A stretch of DNA of 64,000 nt. It comes from Azolla caroliniana (Eukaryota; Plantae; Polypodiophyta). A program made the position numbers and the translations under genes. The first letter of the stretch is position 1. The number at the start of each line of letters is the position of its first letter. Of this stretch, positions 48,778-63,200 are shown piece by piece. A model generated the notes under the pieces. The model was not told the DNA's origin. It searched no databases and worked only from the letters and a program-made list of their open reading frames with translations. The DNA lies in NCBI GenBank assembly GCA_043228905.1, contig JBHGNT010000001.1, forward strand, positions 3,038,001 through 3,102,000, given 5' to 3'.

Positions 48778-51096
48778 GGAAAATATGTATATATATTGTG
48801 TTCTGTGCGCGAGAGAGAGTATGTATGTATATATGTATGTATTCAACAGACTTAAACTACACTAACCTCGACCCAAGGCGATTGAATTGGCAGGTTTTTG
48901 TCGAGCAAGAAAGAAGAGCAAGGCACAGGGGTGTTTGCAGAGGTAAAGAAGAATGAGGGAGACAGAAGGGGGGGGGGGGGGGGGAGAGAGAAGAGAATGC
49001 GTCAGATGGGCTGAACCTGGTCATATTTTTGTTTGTTCATGAATCATGCAACAAACATATGGAGGGAAGATGGTGGGGCCTATAGGTGTCTGTCTGTCTC
49101 TAGCACACATCTTGTCTTAACAAGATCCTTTGTTCTTTGTTCTTTGTTTTTGTTCTTGGCCCACATTGGTCCATCCTTCATCATTCACGCCTTTCTCGCC
49201 AGTTTCCCTTCTATGTAAGCTTTTGATTTTACATCAAGCTCCCTCGCCTCTCTTCTCTTCAGCAAAAAAACTGTCGCTTCTATTCGAGTCATACACAAAT
49301 CCAAGCTGATTTCACCACAAAAAAATTTTGTGCAATTGCTTGCTTGTTGGTGCGGATACATGCCCATTTAGTCGACCAATCTGGAGATCGCAGGAGTCTC
49401 TCCGACTGAACCATGTGCAATACCTCCAAAACAGCATCCCGAGTCACGACTCTTCGAGGAAGTTAACACTTTTTTTTTAAATATTGGGGCCCAGTACATG
49501 GGTCACTTTCCTAGTTTCCTAGTAGCAAAACTTATGCTGAATTAAATATATTAAATAAACAAAGACAACGAGACATTGTATTGTTGGTTGGTTGGCTGAT
49601 TGAGAGGATTGTTAGATCGATGTAGGTGAAATTGCTAGCAAAACTCACAAAATGATCTCAACTCATACTTTTAATTATTTGGGTACATGAATTTGGTCAT
49701 TTGGTGCACTTAAAAAATGTTAATAAAAGAAAACGTCATTTTCCAATATAGTAAAAGGTAGTTATAACATTATATATATATATATATATAGGCCATGATA
49801 ACTTTTACAAAACTATGAAGAAATTTTGTCTTCCAACGATTAAAAATTATTTGTGTGCCTCCTAGTACATCCATCAAGCAATATTATCAAAATGCTAGAT
49901 TAGTCAAATTTCCTTTATGTTGAACATCGAGTGAACTCAAAATAAAGTAAAAGGAAGGGGTGGGATATTCATAATGTGTGGAGTAGTTGTTGTTCACCTA
50001 CCTTTAGCTTGTACTCCAACAAATAATTACTCAAATAATATAGCTATTAGCAACTATTAGAACATTTATAGATATTTATCTTCTTATTAATGAATTAGAT
50101 TGTCATCTAACATAAATTGAACATGTCACTTTAGTATGTTCAATTGCATGCATTGAATTTTGGTTTATATGGGCAAATTGAATTAACCATACTTCCCTAG
50201 TGTTTCTATGATGTTTCACAAAATCACAAAGACCGCATCTATTTCTCACCTCCTTTACTTCTAGCCAAACTCTTACTTTTTGTCTCTATACATTTGAAGT
50301 GCCAAATAAGTCATTCAATCCGTCTAGAATTCATATAGGTTTAGGTTATCTACCAGTAATGTTCGCATTGGTCAATCTAGCTCAAACCTATTTTTGATCT
50401 CCAAGATTGATTTCATGGCTTGCAATTCAACCAAATGAACAAACCTCAAGCACAATCCTGCCCTCAACCCTACCATAACAAAATGCAACACATTCATGCT
50501 CACTCGTGACTTCCCCTCATCGGTCAAAAGCCCATAGGATGTTGGTAGAAATAGAATAATTACTGTAATGGCCTCTATTTACATTACAGGGAGAGAAGTC
50601 CACTAACTATCAATAGCTCATGTCCACTAACATACTTGAATATCTATCCATCTGTATTTAAATAATATCAAATGTTTTATGTTTGATTTTAGACATTCTT
50701 TACATTCTTGACATATTCAAATTGCATCAGATTTTTAAAGCTTTCATCCCACATCCAAGTTAGTCTAAGCAATAATGTATTTGTCCTAAACATGTCTATT
50801 TCTTGATGTCATTCCAAATAAGCATGACTTTTGTAACACAGCTCTCATACAATTCTAGATAACTTTATTCGCAGATTTCATTAATATCGCCTTTATTTAA
50901 TATGAATCAAGCCAATGAAGCCATCAAATATCATATCATATTTTTCAGGTGCAATTTTATTAGATGATTAAAACATTTTCATTTAGTAAAAATAAAAGAG
51001 ACTGAAAATTTTGCTTGACCAACATAGAGGTGCCAGCATTGACCTTAGCAGCCTTCTGCAAAATAAATAAAAAGCTAGCTACAAGGACCAAGTTAC

Positions 51097-51244
51097 AGAT
51101 GCTTCACAAGAAAGCATCAGCCTCAAGCAGCTTCATTTATTTCAACCTGCTTGTTCATCTGTGAAGTGGCACTGAGTTGTAGATGCTTCACAAGAAAGCG
51201 TCAGTCTGTAGTAGCTTCATTATATTTACCTGATTGTTCATCTG
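51097..51244 (-). repeat. Tandem duplication of the last ~19 codons plus stop codon of AKR2
   Basis: CAGATGAACAA.CAGGT...ATGAAGCT.CT..AG.CTGA.GCTTTCTTGTGAAGCATCT is present twice, period 83-84. Confidence 0.88.
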
Positions 51245-54200
51245 GGCCACTTCAACTGCAGTTTTTCCATCCAGATTTTGTATGGTTCTGCAAGAATTGA
51301 GGTACAAAACATCAAGTTAAAAACATAGAAAGAAATGTCTATAATGAGATTTTGAAGCTGTGACCCATTTTTGAGCATTTGGTTAAGTAATCTATATCTA
51401 AGACCCTACTGTCTATGCACTCGAATTCGGACCTGTCTTCTTAGTCCAGATACCAAGTCTGAGATAAGGTCACAGAAAAGGCTGTTGAAGCTCTAGGGCA
51501 GAGATGACGGTCAAAGAATCAGATAAGATATCAGTTCTTAACAAATGTCTCTTAGTCGTATTGACTCCCTCTGTTGTAGATTGATGGATACATACATAAC
51601 AAGGACATTATGTTTCCTAAATAGTCAGTGGCCCACACATCCTTAGTTATCATTAGTTGACTTTGAAAGATATGTGACAGCTTATTTCTTTTACAAATGG
51701 GACGATCTGCATGATGTTTTTCTGTTCATCTTATTTCTCATAAAGAGAAGACTATTCTTCAGTAATTGTACTCTGCAGTAGTACCCTTGAGTTCCAAGGA
51801 ACCCCCAACACTGAAGGATCAAGACTGACCTGAGCAATAATTTATTTACTAAACAAGTGATGGACTCCGATATGCAATGACATATTTACACTGCAAACAC
51901 ATCTCAAATACATCAAACTTCAGACCTTCAAATACGTCTCACGAGTCACAACCTTTAGACCTTGCAGATTCCAAGGGAAGTTGGGTCATACATTCTGCCC
52001 TGCTATAATAGATAGAATGTGTCTTCATGGATACTTCCTCAGAAGTTATGGCTCTTTTCTACAAGCCCAGACTGTATATCATAATGGATATGCCCGTGAT
52101 TTACAATGCAGACCCTAATGACCTTAGCTCTTTGAGGATCCAAGTATTCTATTATCTTCAGATCATTATTTAGTTGTTAACTAACATCTTTTATCATCAG
52201 AACATCATTTAGTTAATCAGCATCCTTTACATTTGTGACCATTGTATCAAATTTGGATTCGCCCTATTTATCATGCTTTGAAAAGATAAAATAAAAATAA
52301 TAAATATAGAGAAAAAGGTTAAGGTTACTTACACAGAAGCTCCATACTTTAGGAGAAGTTTCACACAATCTTGTGTTCCGTAGCCAGCAGCATAATGGAG
52401 AGCTGTATTTTTGTTTTTATCAACAGCATCAATGGAAATTCCGGCTTCCAAAAGAGCTTCAGCACACGTAACCTGAGAGAAAACAAACTTATTAATCTGG
52501 AATATAGCATAATTCTACTAACAAAAAAACCTCCTCAATAGCAAGACAATGCTCTACCAAAATAATAATAAACCTTCTGATATCCCAAACATCAGTTCAA
52601 CTAGTAGTTCATGAACTTACCTTTGCCAAAATTTAACAAAATTATGCACATCCCAGGGATGGGGTTCAAGGAGGTCTCCTTTTATGAGCGAGATGTGTCA
52701 TCTACATGACAATATTAAAAAGGATTTCATGCCCCATTCAAGGTGCAAAACCTTGATTTCCTCTGAAGTCTTCCCATGACGGAATCTCACGTAATAAAAT
52801 TCAAGATAAAGATTTATATAAACATCGACAAAAGCTGTGAACTAGTGATGGAGACTGCAAAAAAAAACACGACAGTTGCAAGGCCTGCTGATCTCCAGTA
52901 GGCTTCTTCAGCATTCTGGAGGATGAGGTTACGAGATCATAGTAGTTATAGAAAATGCAATGTTGATAGTTTTTTTGCCATTAGACAATCATTGATCTCC
53001 ACTGTCCCTCTCGCATGTTTGGTGACCACTTTCTACATTATATCTTCATCATTATCAACTGTTCCATTGTGGATTACGACCCATTTTTATTGTTATATTG
53101 CACCTTTTGAGTTTCCAGTTTCCAGTCTCATGTTCATCCTTTCAAAGAATACGCATTTCTAACCTATATACCTCAAACTTTAGATAGTGCAATAGCTCAG
53201 TCTTCCGTCAAGAGATAAGGAGAAAGAGAGAGCCTTCTGAGGGGGAGGGTGGCACTCACAGATACAGTATATCAAGAGGACGTTTTTTCATTTCTTCAGC
53301 ATGGCTATCTTCATAACATCAACTCTATCAGTATATGACATCAGAGACAGCTTCATCTTTCATCATGTCCCATTTGCATATTTCTCATTTTCCAATAAGA
53401 CCATATCCCTCCATGTAAGAAACCCAAATTCGGTAGAAGCTTACAACAAAATATAATTATCAATCATTGCAAATCCATCCTCGAAAGTCAGAACAAATGA
53501 ATAATTATGATTTAAGGGACACACAAAACAGTGGATAAAAGTAAACCAAAATTAGGCACCAATCAGAATCGGGTGTGTACACACCTCTCCATAACCAGAA
53601 GCCAAATGCAAAGCTGTCCGTCCTATATCATCCGTTTGAGCCTTGTTTGCACCATCTGCCAAAAGACCCTTTACTGCCTACACATGAAGAAAAGAAATAC
53701 TGGTTACATGAGTATTATGATGTGAATGATTGTGAGAAAAGATGAAGTTTACAGGAATCATACTCAGTCATATATTATCAAGAAATAACATGAAATTTCC
53801 AGTCGCGTATCATCATACAGCTTAACAGGAAAGGAAATTCACGAATGGATTGCTTGGAACAGTGCATCCTAATAAATTGCAGATTTGAAACAACCACGAC
53901 AAGAGGGAGTTGGGTAAATAAACCTCTATATCGCCTATGCTCGCTGCAGTAAGGAGAGGTGATCCATCCTGATCATCAACCCTTGCACCCTCTTCATGTA
54001 ATGTGTCATTGACATCCCCAACAAAGGAAAATTGCTCAGGAATAGTAAACCCTACAGCATTTCCTAGCTTACTTAACAGTTGGGGATCATCCATGTACCT
54101 ATAAGAAATTCATGAAAATCAAATATTGCTAATAATCGTAATTTTTTACATGATATTTCATTATGACTTACACTCTAATATGAGAACATGCATATACGCA

Positions 54201-57200
54201 CTAAAGTTAATTAATATAAATAAAATACAGGCCTTGAGCTTAGTCCTTGGGCTCTCATATGGGTTCAAAAAGGAGGGGCAAAATATAGCATATCTTCTTT
54301 TGGCCATTTAGCCGATAAAACCCATATCACATCTAATGCAAGAACAGCTTACATAGAGCTATGACAAATGGAGCCAAATATCCATAATATCCTTAGTCTC
54401 CGATACCACAAAACAAACTCAAAGGATGTCCTAGCCACAATACCACCAACAAGCGTGAGGTGGATAAATTACATGACCATAGCCAACAAGCCACGGCTTT
54501 GACTAGCATGAGAGGACGAGGCATATGGACTCTGAAACTTAATACTGGTGTCCATTATCCCACAAATGAGGCTCAAACATCCTTTTATAATTCCATCAAT
54601 TTTCAACTCGGACACTGGAAACCCATTCTGACCATGTTCTAAGGAGGACTTCCTCCTCTATAGTAACGACATACCAACAAACCAGCTGACATGATTCAAA
54701 AGGTGTCACTCATATATTCTCCAAGACCCTAATTTGATGTACACACTACTGCAATAATGTTGAAATACATAACCTCATGTGTTCCAATGTCACTTGCTCC
54801 ATCCTTGTCACTAGCATGAGAGGACAAGGCATATGGACTCTGAAACTTAATAATGGTGTCCATTATCCCACAAATGAGGCTCAAACATCCTTTTATAATT
54901 CCATCAATTTTCGACTCAGACACTGGAAACCCATTCTGACCATGTTCTAAGGAAGACTTCCTCCTCTATAGTAACGACATAACAACAAACCAGCTGACAT
55001 GATTCAAAAGGTGTCACTCATATATTCTCCAAAACCCTAATTTGATGTACACACTACTGCAATAATGTTGAAATACATAACTTCATGTGTTCCAATGTCA
55101 CTTGCTCCATCCTTGCACCATAGATCATGTGTGCTTTATAAAGTTGTTTCATCAGCCTCCACAAGATTATGGTGCTATGAGTGTGATAAAGAAAAAGAGT
55201 TATTTAGCATTGATCTCCTTCAGGAAGATTTGGCCTATAAGACAAATCAAATGTACAATAAATATGCCCTTCCTACAACACGATATGCAACGAATATCTC
55301 AAATGGGCTCTAGTTAATCATTGAAAAACCATATTAAAGATCAATACACATTCGTATATAGGGATCTTCATGGCCATACTTCATCATCATTGCTGGACCT
55401 CCTCTTTCAATTTCCTCTAAGATAGGCATCAAGTTTGGGTCAATTTGAACTTCATACTTTTTAGCCTCCTTTTCTCCAGAACTCCTCAAATTTTGCAAAA
55501 TGCTAGCCGTGTGTGAATCCTGCCATGCATTTTTTGTGAACTGGCAATAATGAATACATTTTAAATTGTTACATAAGAACATCTATGACAATGCACCTGC
55601 ATGAGGGTACTGCCAAGACTTTCAGCCATGTTCATGAACTGTGGATTATCCAGAATTTTCTCTATAGAACTGAAAGATGCTGGTGTGTTTGCTTTAGGAA
55701 AACTTGACTGCCCATCACTTTGGAGGCTATTTTGAAGTGTCTTAGCCATGTTTCTGAAAGCAGGATCCTTTGCTATCTGCTCAGCCAGTTCTTTAATGCT
55801 TGGATCCTAGTGCAAAAACAATGGAACAAAAAAAAATTGGAAATATGTAATATTAATATAGAAGGTTGAAGACAGAAAATTAATCCAGCTCAATTTTCTT
55901 AAAAGATGATTACTTTGCCGCTAGGACCTTAGTATACAAACAACCAAAAATAGAACCATGACAAACTAACTGCTCCAGCATAAATAGGCAAATGGTAGTA
56001 TAGATTGAGAGACACAGGTCAATTCGCTTAAGAAAGAGAAAGACATTAATAAGTGAAGTCATCTGAGAAGTGGACGTTAAGCCACCTCACTTTGCTTGAT
56101 AACTGAGAAACACTTTCTGGAATGAAAAAGCATTCTCGCGCATGCTGCAAACCTATTGTGACTTCCTCTACTGAGAGCTCTTCAGCAAAGAGTCATTGAA
56201 AGAATTCTGCATCATTCCTTTATTTTGTTAGGAAACCCATAAACCCTTTTCCATTATTTATGTTACCAAGGTGAGGTTTCTGAAAATTCTTAATCAAAGC
56301 CTGTGGTGACCGATAAGGCCCTTGGAACTAGAAACTGCATGGTGTACTCTTTCCCTGGATTCTGGAATGAGCCAAGATTCTCCATCGAATGTTCTGACGT
56401 GTGGAGATACATCTTCATGGCATTCACTGAAGTTGAAGCCTCTGATAAAAATACATACACATCACCATATTTGCATGATGTTTTCTGAAAAAGTCAACCC
56501 CAATAGAGGGCAGACTATAGAGGATAAATAGTAAGTACCACACAAAGATATTGGGATCATTTAATCATTCTTGCTTTTTGTTTTCAAACCACTCATATTG
56601 GTGAGAACCTTGAGGAATTACCTCCTAAAGATATATTGGCAAAGAGGATGAGTGGCTAGAAGAAAATATGATGGATGACCACACTAAATTGTTGCTAACA
56701 GCTAGATAAATCTCCCTTGAACCTTCTCTGGATTTCCACGCCCATATTTATCTCTCCAATATATTCAACCATGCACAATGAGGTCAAAGGGCATACTCCC
56801 TCCAAATCAGTTGCTGATGCTACTTAGACATCATCAATCCTATGCTGTCCTTATAATGGGTCCTCGAGGAGAGCAGTCACCTCAATCATGCTTCTTATGA
56901 TGCATTATATGGAATTATCATCAGCAATAAGTGAGTTTAGGTCGCAGGAATGAACCTGGCAATAGTGAGTTCCTTGTACTGATGCTGCAGTTGAATATGG
57001 AATTATCATCAGCAATAAGTGAGTTTAGGTCACAGAAATGAACCTGGCAATAGTGAGTTCCTTGTACTGATGCTGCAGTTGAATATGAAGCAGACTTAAT
57101 CCATTCCCATAAAGTGTCCATAATTAGTTAGTTAACATGTTTTGGGCATTGATTACAGGCATATAATACTGACTGAGTTAAACAAGGGTATACTGGGTTG

Positions 57201-57943
57201 AAAACTTTTTATAAGCCCTAATTAACAAATCTTCGTTCACTGAGGTGCAAATTCTAACTGTGTTCAATGCCAACTGATTATAGGTCTCCAGAGAAAATAT
57301 CACGCAAAGCATCCCTGAAGTCGTCTTCCTGTGTGATATATTAGTACAGCGACATCCATTTCAGGTTCTAAAAGAGCACTAAGACCGTTAAGGATGCCAT
57401 AAACGTGCTTGTTCTGACAAATTCCATATGTTGACAATAGTGAAGCATGAAAAGCTTGGATTTCAAAGCCAGATTGGAGTCATACAGCACCTCCATCGTA
57501 TATATTGAGCATGGACAGGAACCGAGAGATTGACTTCCAAACCCTGCAATGTGCCTCCATTGCTGCCTGTAATCTGGCAATGCTATACGCAAGAAGAAAT
57601 AAAAACAAAAAGTAACTTGTGGTGGAGATAACCTTACATTAAGAAGTCCTGACATTGCCGAGAGATCAAATGGATTAGGAGTAGAGACTTCGTCGCTATG
57701 CTTCTTGTGCAAGTTTCCACCTTCCAGCCTACTTTCTCCGCCATCATCAGTAGCTTTGCTGAGGGTTTCTGAAGCAGTATTTGTACAGCTGATTCTTGGA
57801 CCTTTGGCGTCTTTGGCATCCTCTGCACACAAAAAAAAGGAGGTAGATTGGCAGATAAGAGATCAATGAGCTTTTGTTGAAGATGCAGAGAAAGAGTGGG
57901 ATGGTGTAAGTGAACCTGATGATGTCGGGGAAGCCATGGACAT
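51188..57943 (-). CDS. AKR2: AKR2-like ankyrin repeat protein (membrane-protein targeting chaperone); 8 exons
   Basis: [87 protein letters not shown]...DAFL*. Exons approx. 57943(or 57937)-57916, 57822-57638, 55806-55597, 55531-55379, 54098-53924, 53676-53585, 52472-52333, 51287-51188. Confidence 0.93.
54502..55115. repeat. Near-perfect 308-bp tandem duplication in an AKR2 intron
   Basis: ACTAGCATGAGAGGAC...CTTGCTCCATCCTTG starts at 54502 and 54810. Confidence 0.95.
56907..57088. repeat. Near-perfect 88-bp tandem duplication in an AKR2 intron
   Basis: ATATGGAATTATCATCAGCAATAAG...GCAGTTGAATATG starts at 56907 and 56995. Confidence 0.95.
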
Positions 57944-58619
57944 GAAGGATAATGCTTCCACTCCTCCTCGCTCAGATGACCAAAAATAGGTGGATATCAG
58001 CTAGTTGCCACTTTCTTTTTTCTGTGGTGGCATGGGCATGGTCATGGTCATGGTCATGGTCTTGGTCTTGGTCTTGGACTTGGTCTTGGTCTTGGACTTG
58101 ACTAACCGATGGCTGCGGCAATTTAGGGCCGCAAAAGTATCCTCACTTATTGATAGGAAGAGAGAAGAACATGAGTGCTGCTACGACCATATCAAGAGAA
58201 GCTTGTCGCTACATAACGCATGATAAGATCGACATTTCAGCTTTCATTGAGTATTTGCTCTCTCGCATGATTAGAGAGAGTACGTCGCATGTGGTAAATG
58301 ACCATGCCACCACTTCTAATTGAGAAGTCTCTAATGGGAGGATTGGTGGTTGTTTACACCTTGCCTTATGTGAGAGCTAGAAAGAGCGTGAATGCTCTTG
58401 GAGGCATCACACCCTAGGGAACTTCATTGTGCCTACTAGCATTGCAATTGTGAGGGTGACTTTCCTATGAGCATGATGGGAGCGAGTTTGTTAAACCTTT
58501 GTTATCAAACAACACCTTCAAGTGATGGCTCATTCTTAATGGTTTCAACTAGCTCAAAACAATAGCACCATAGAAAATGGAAGAACCCAAGAAGACAAGC
58601 GTGTGCATTTTGAAACTAA

Positions 58620-59045
58620 ATGTGACCATTTTGAATCTATTCCTCCTACCTTTCATAGGCCCATTATTGGATAGTGTGGTCGAAATTGGGGATTAGCAAC
58701 TACAATCAAGTCAAAATGGGGATTCTTTGTAGCAACGATGATAATGTTTCAAGTAAAGAATGCACAAACCACCTTCCAAAGGATGGTCTACAAATTTTTA
58801 ATGATTACCACAAGATTTCATGAATGTCTTCAATTGAGAAAAAAGCATTGCACCTAAAGCATCGACTATGTGGAAAACCAAGTTAAGCTCAACCATAGAA
58901 TTTGGCGTTAGCAATTACATCAAGAAAAGTTGTCGGGACATGTGCGTCAAAGGTAGAACTTACCATAGACCCTAACAAAATCAATGGCATTAGGGAAATG
59001 ATGACACCCATGAATGCCAAGCAAATATATTGATTCTTGGCATAT
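58620..59045 (+). mobile_element. Degenerate Ty3/gypsy reverse transcriptase remnant
   Basis: Broken-frame motifs KWGFF..MMFQVKNAQTTFQRMV and DPNKINGIREMMTPMNAKQI..FL resemble gypsy RT MPFGLKNAPATFQR and DP.KI..I...P......FLG. Confidence 0.7.
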
Positions 59046-60229
59046 ATATAGTGTAGCATAGTTGTTGCATCAAGTATCTAGTGTTAGTGTAATAAACATA
59101 AATTTGGCCCTAGTTTGTGCTCAACCAAGATGTGGTTTAGAAATTAATGCAATTGAATATTTAGCAACTTTGATCTCTGAGACAAAATAATTACAAACAC
59201 AAGACACTTCAACTATCCATACACCACAAACAAACGCTTTCCATTTCTCGAAGATAATTGATAACGACCTTAATCCATGAGGAGCTTCATAGATCCCTTG
59301 AGAATTTTTAGAATGAAGAAGTACAAATACTTCTATATACAAGAGTGGTGGTGAGGTGACATCTACAAATTTGGTTGAAGTGGTGCAGCCAATGACAAAT
59401 ATACAACAGAGGGTTTTTATGGGAGTTTTCTTTTTGGTTGGGAGCTGGGGGGGGGGGGGGGGGAGCAAGAGTAATGGAAATTTGGAAAAGGAGCCATTAG
59501 CATTGGATATCTATGAAAAAAGAAAGGCAATTTTGATAAAGAACCTTATTTATTAATCCACATGAAAGGGTTTTATTTCTAAAACTTCAACAGATTTTCG
59601 ATATATATCCATAAAGGAAAATTTTGAATACATTGAAAGTAATGTTTGTAAATTTGGGCTGTCCTCTGCCTTGCCCAGCTAAGATAGCTAGATACATAGT
59701 CTAGCCTAGGCCCTATAGGGAATAATTTCTATAGTTAGCATTACAATTTCTCATTTTGCACATAATTTTCTTAACTAGTATCTAGATACATGAAATATCA
59801 TAAATCTCTAATGTCATGGTAAAGGCTATCATCAGAAAAATGATCTTTTATATGACTCCGCTTTAGAGGACAAAACACCAAAGAAGTATTCATAATTGGG
59901 ATTGTCCTTGGAGACAAGCTTGCTCGTTTAACCAATATGTACAAGGTCAAGTTGATTAGTGAGACCTGCAATATCATTTATCTCCCATGTGTTACACCAC
60001 CAAGGCCATCATCATCATCACTACCATCATTAATCATTAGGAGCTCTATTTCAAAGAGGCAAATGATAGAAAACCCTTGTCCAACCCAGACAATAACCTG
60101 GCCCCTGCTTCAAACAGCTTCAATGTGTCTACTGTTCATTTCTGACTTTACTCTCAAGACGTTCTGAGTTCTAGCATCACATCAATGAACTGACATTTGA
60201 AATTGGCCATCATGCTACTTTCTTGAAGC

Positions 60230-63200
60230 CTAATCCCTTTGCTCTTCTCGAAACCTGAAGATTGGCTCTGGCTGGTTGGGAATGGCTCCTTCAGATGCAC
60301 ACTCACCCATGGTATAATCAGCATCTGGTCTACAGTGTAACTCACTCTCCTCTTCCTTCCCAATGTGTTCTTTAAGTTCGAGTTCCTGCAATGCTCTTTT
60401 TCCATGGATAGTAATTGCAATGGTGACCGCCACAGCCATACAAAAACCCAAAACATTGTAAGCAATCTGGAACGGAGTCATATGCTGCCTGCTATTCTTC
60501 ATATCAGCTAAAGTCTTTATGAGCTTCCCACTGTTAGAACATACCATTAAACATCAAATTTTATCCCATGTACAAGGTTAAAAATTCTAAGATACACATT
60601 CCATGGCACATTCTCAGTTTTGAGCCCAAGAAAAGCTATATTTTAGGGGTTATTAGGTCCATCCAATAGCTGCCAGGAATTAATTAGCCACTAATATTGT
60701 GGCCATGCATACGTTCACAACAGATGTACCATGCTTATGCAAACAGTTGTGAATTAGACTTTTTATGGAATGAGGCAAGAGGGGTCAGACCTGTAGATAG
60801 TGATGAAGGCTTCCGGAACTAAAATTGCAGCTGAGCTACAAATATAAGGGCCATATTCAACGTTTGTGGTAGCAATGGCGTAGTTAAATAAAGGGTATGG
60901 TATTGGTGAAATTCGCAGGATCAGAAGAACACGAAACTGTTCAAACCAACCTCCTTTGTCAGCGATTCTAATTAGTGCTGCTCGTTTTGGCCACTTCTGA
61001 ATCCATTGCTTTAATCCCCAAATAATACTATTAGAAAACCACAAGTAATATGGGGTATTAAGATATTTTATTCCTACAGAACACAATCCCATGTAGGTAC
61101 CTGGATTCTTGCTTGAAATAGCATTCGAGCTATGAAGAAAGGAATGGATATTCCTATCAATGTTCCTACCATTATGATAAGGAAACCATAGCCATAACCG
61201 AAAGTCATTCCTGCTACCCACATAGATGGTCCAGACGGCATCAGAATAACTGGTAATAACGCCAAAGAGCCAATAAGAACTAGTGCCAGCACTGGCCGAG
61301 TAAAAGTTCTAGTCTCCCATCCCATCAGTGGTATAACTACCTGCACCAAAATGCACAATGTTTTAGCAATGTATTGGTTCATTTAAATGCATTGACTGAA
61401 ACTAAAGATATATGCACTTCAACTTCAAGAAAGAAAACTTTTTGTACCAATTATTCAGCCTCTTATCCAGGAACAGTTCAATTTTCTGCAGATTTCTTTT
61501 AACTGCATTTAAAATTGGAAAATCACTCACTTACTCGTAAACAACTATTGATGAGTCTCAGAATCTAGTTCATTAATCTTGCATTCCCAAGCATAGAAAT
61601 TAAGGCACTGCATATATGCATCTCTCTCTTTTGTTTCTTTTTGTGTGAACTATAGTAGAACAGTTGGATGGCAACTCCCAAGTTTGTTTACGACAACACA
61701 CGAAGTGTTTGATTGCAACTTTGGGAGGAAATTTGATTCATGCCAGGTCTGTCTGCTACTGTACCGAATATGAGGTCAGTAAATTCATTATTGGACAGAC
61801 AGATTTTTGGCAGAACCAATCATCTGAGAAACCACTTAAATATGGATAGTGAATAATGACATAGCAGATTCATAATCCCTTTTCCATTTTTGACGGGTGT
61901 CTAGAGATAAAAGAGTTATATATGGATACAGTGAGACGAATGACATAGCAAAGTCTATAGAATTGTATAGACATTTAAAATTGGCGTGTGGGATGGGGAA
62001 ACACACCAATGAGGCTCATGTAGAATGGCATATGAATGAGAATGCCAAGGATCGCATGCACATGAGCTCATACAATACATATTCCTTTTTCATCGTTTTG
62101 GAAGCAGGAAAAATGCAGTCCTCTCTCACATAAGATCATAACAATTAACAAGTCAGTGAAAAATGAGGTAAAGGTAGACCTCAAAAGGTCCCAAGGAAGG
62201 GAAAGTTATCTTAGATTTGGAAGATTTGGACACATTTATACCAATTTGGAAATAGGGATGCAAAAAATTCTGAGGGTTGAACTACCATGCAGGATAAAAG
62301 ATTAATGTATACAAAGGAACAAGAAGAAATGCAAACCTGAAATCAAAAGTAAAGCAGAAAGAAATTAAAAAGAAAGGACGGCATGTGCATAATGGAAAGC
62401 AGAAGGATATGAAGGACGGAAAACAAATCATGTCCGGGCACTTGATAATACTGCAGACAAATGTAGAGAAGAAAATGCATACATGGGATGCAGTGAAAAA
62501 TACAGCCCAAGGAAGCAGAGGAGGAAGTCGACGAGAATGCACCTTGGTTGGAAGTACTTAAGAAAAAACAACGGAGAGAAAAGAAAGTTGGTGAGAATAC
62601 ACCGTAGATTTGCCAAGGCCAATACATCCCAACCACATTATCAATGATCATCCCATCGTAACATGTTATGGTGTTCTCTATTGTGAGGAGAGAGGAAGAT
62701 ATCAGTGTCTCTCCAAAGAAAGACTGGGACTTTATGTACAGTAATGAAGTGCATTTGCCACAGACCAAGGACTTTCCCACTGACACAAAAGCATTCATAG
62801 GACTGACCACAGATCCATTGCTCGTTGTCGGGTCTATCAAGACCCCAATGACTAAATATGTCTACTGCTCTTCGTGTTGGATACAAGAACAGCTCTTCAA
62901 TTAGTAACTGTAGTTTTACATGGATCATGACTCAATTCACTTACATGGATGATAAGCTATTTTGCAACCATATTCATCATGGTGAAGCTAGTTTGCAAGT
63001 TTGCAACTATATCCTTCTTTGAGGTTTTCTTTGCAAATACCTTTACATTCTTGTCATGGTTAATGGGTAGTTAGACAGTTTCTGATCATTTCATTAATCT
63101 TTTTGTGGGTTTTCACCTCACATTGAGATTTGCAATGAATAATATAATCGTCATATAAAAAGCGCATGCATGAACTCATCTCGTCTGTCATACCAGGACC

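Noticed and set aside
31904-57943. Plastid-related 'cluster' of PHT2;1, TRXz and AKR2
   Set aside because: The genes are unrelated housekeeping loci interleaved with nuclear regulators; nothing in the sequence shows a pathway cluster or shared regulation.
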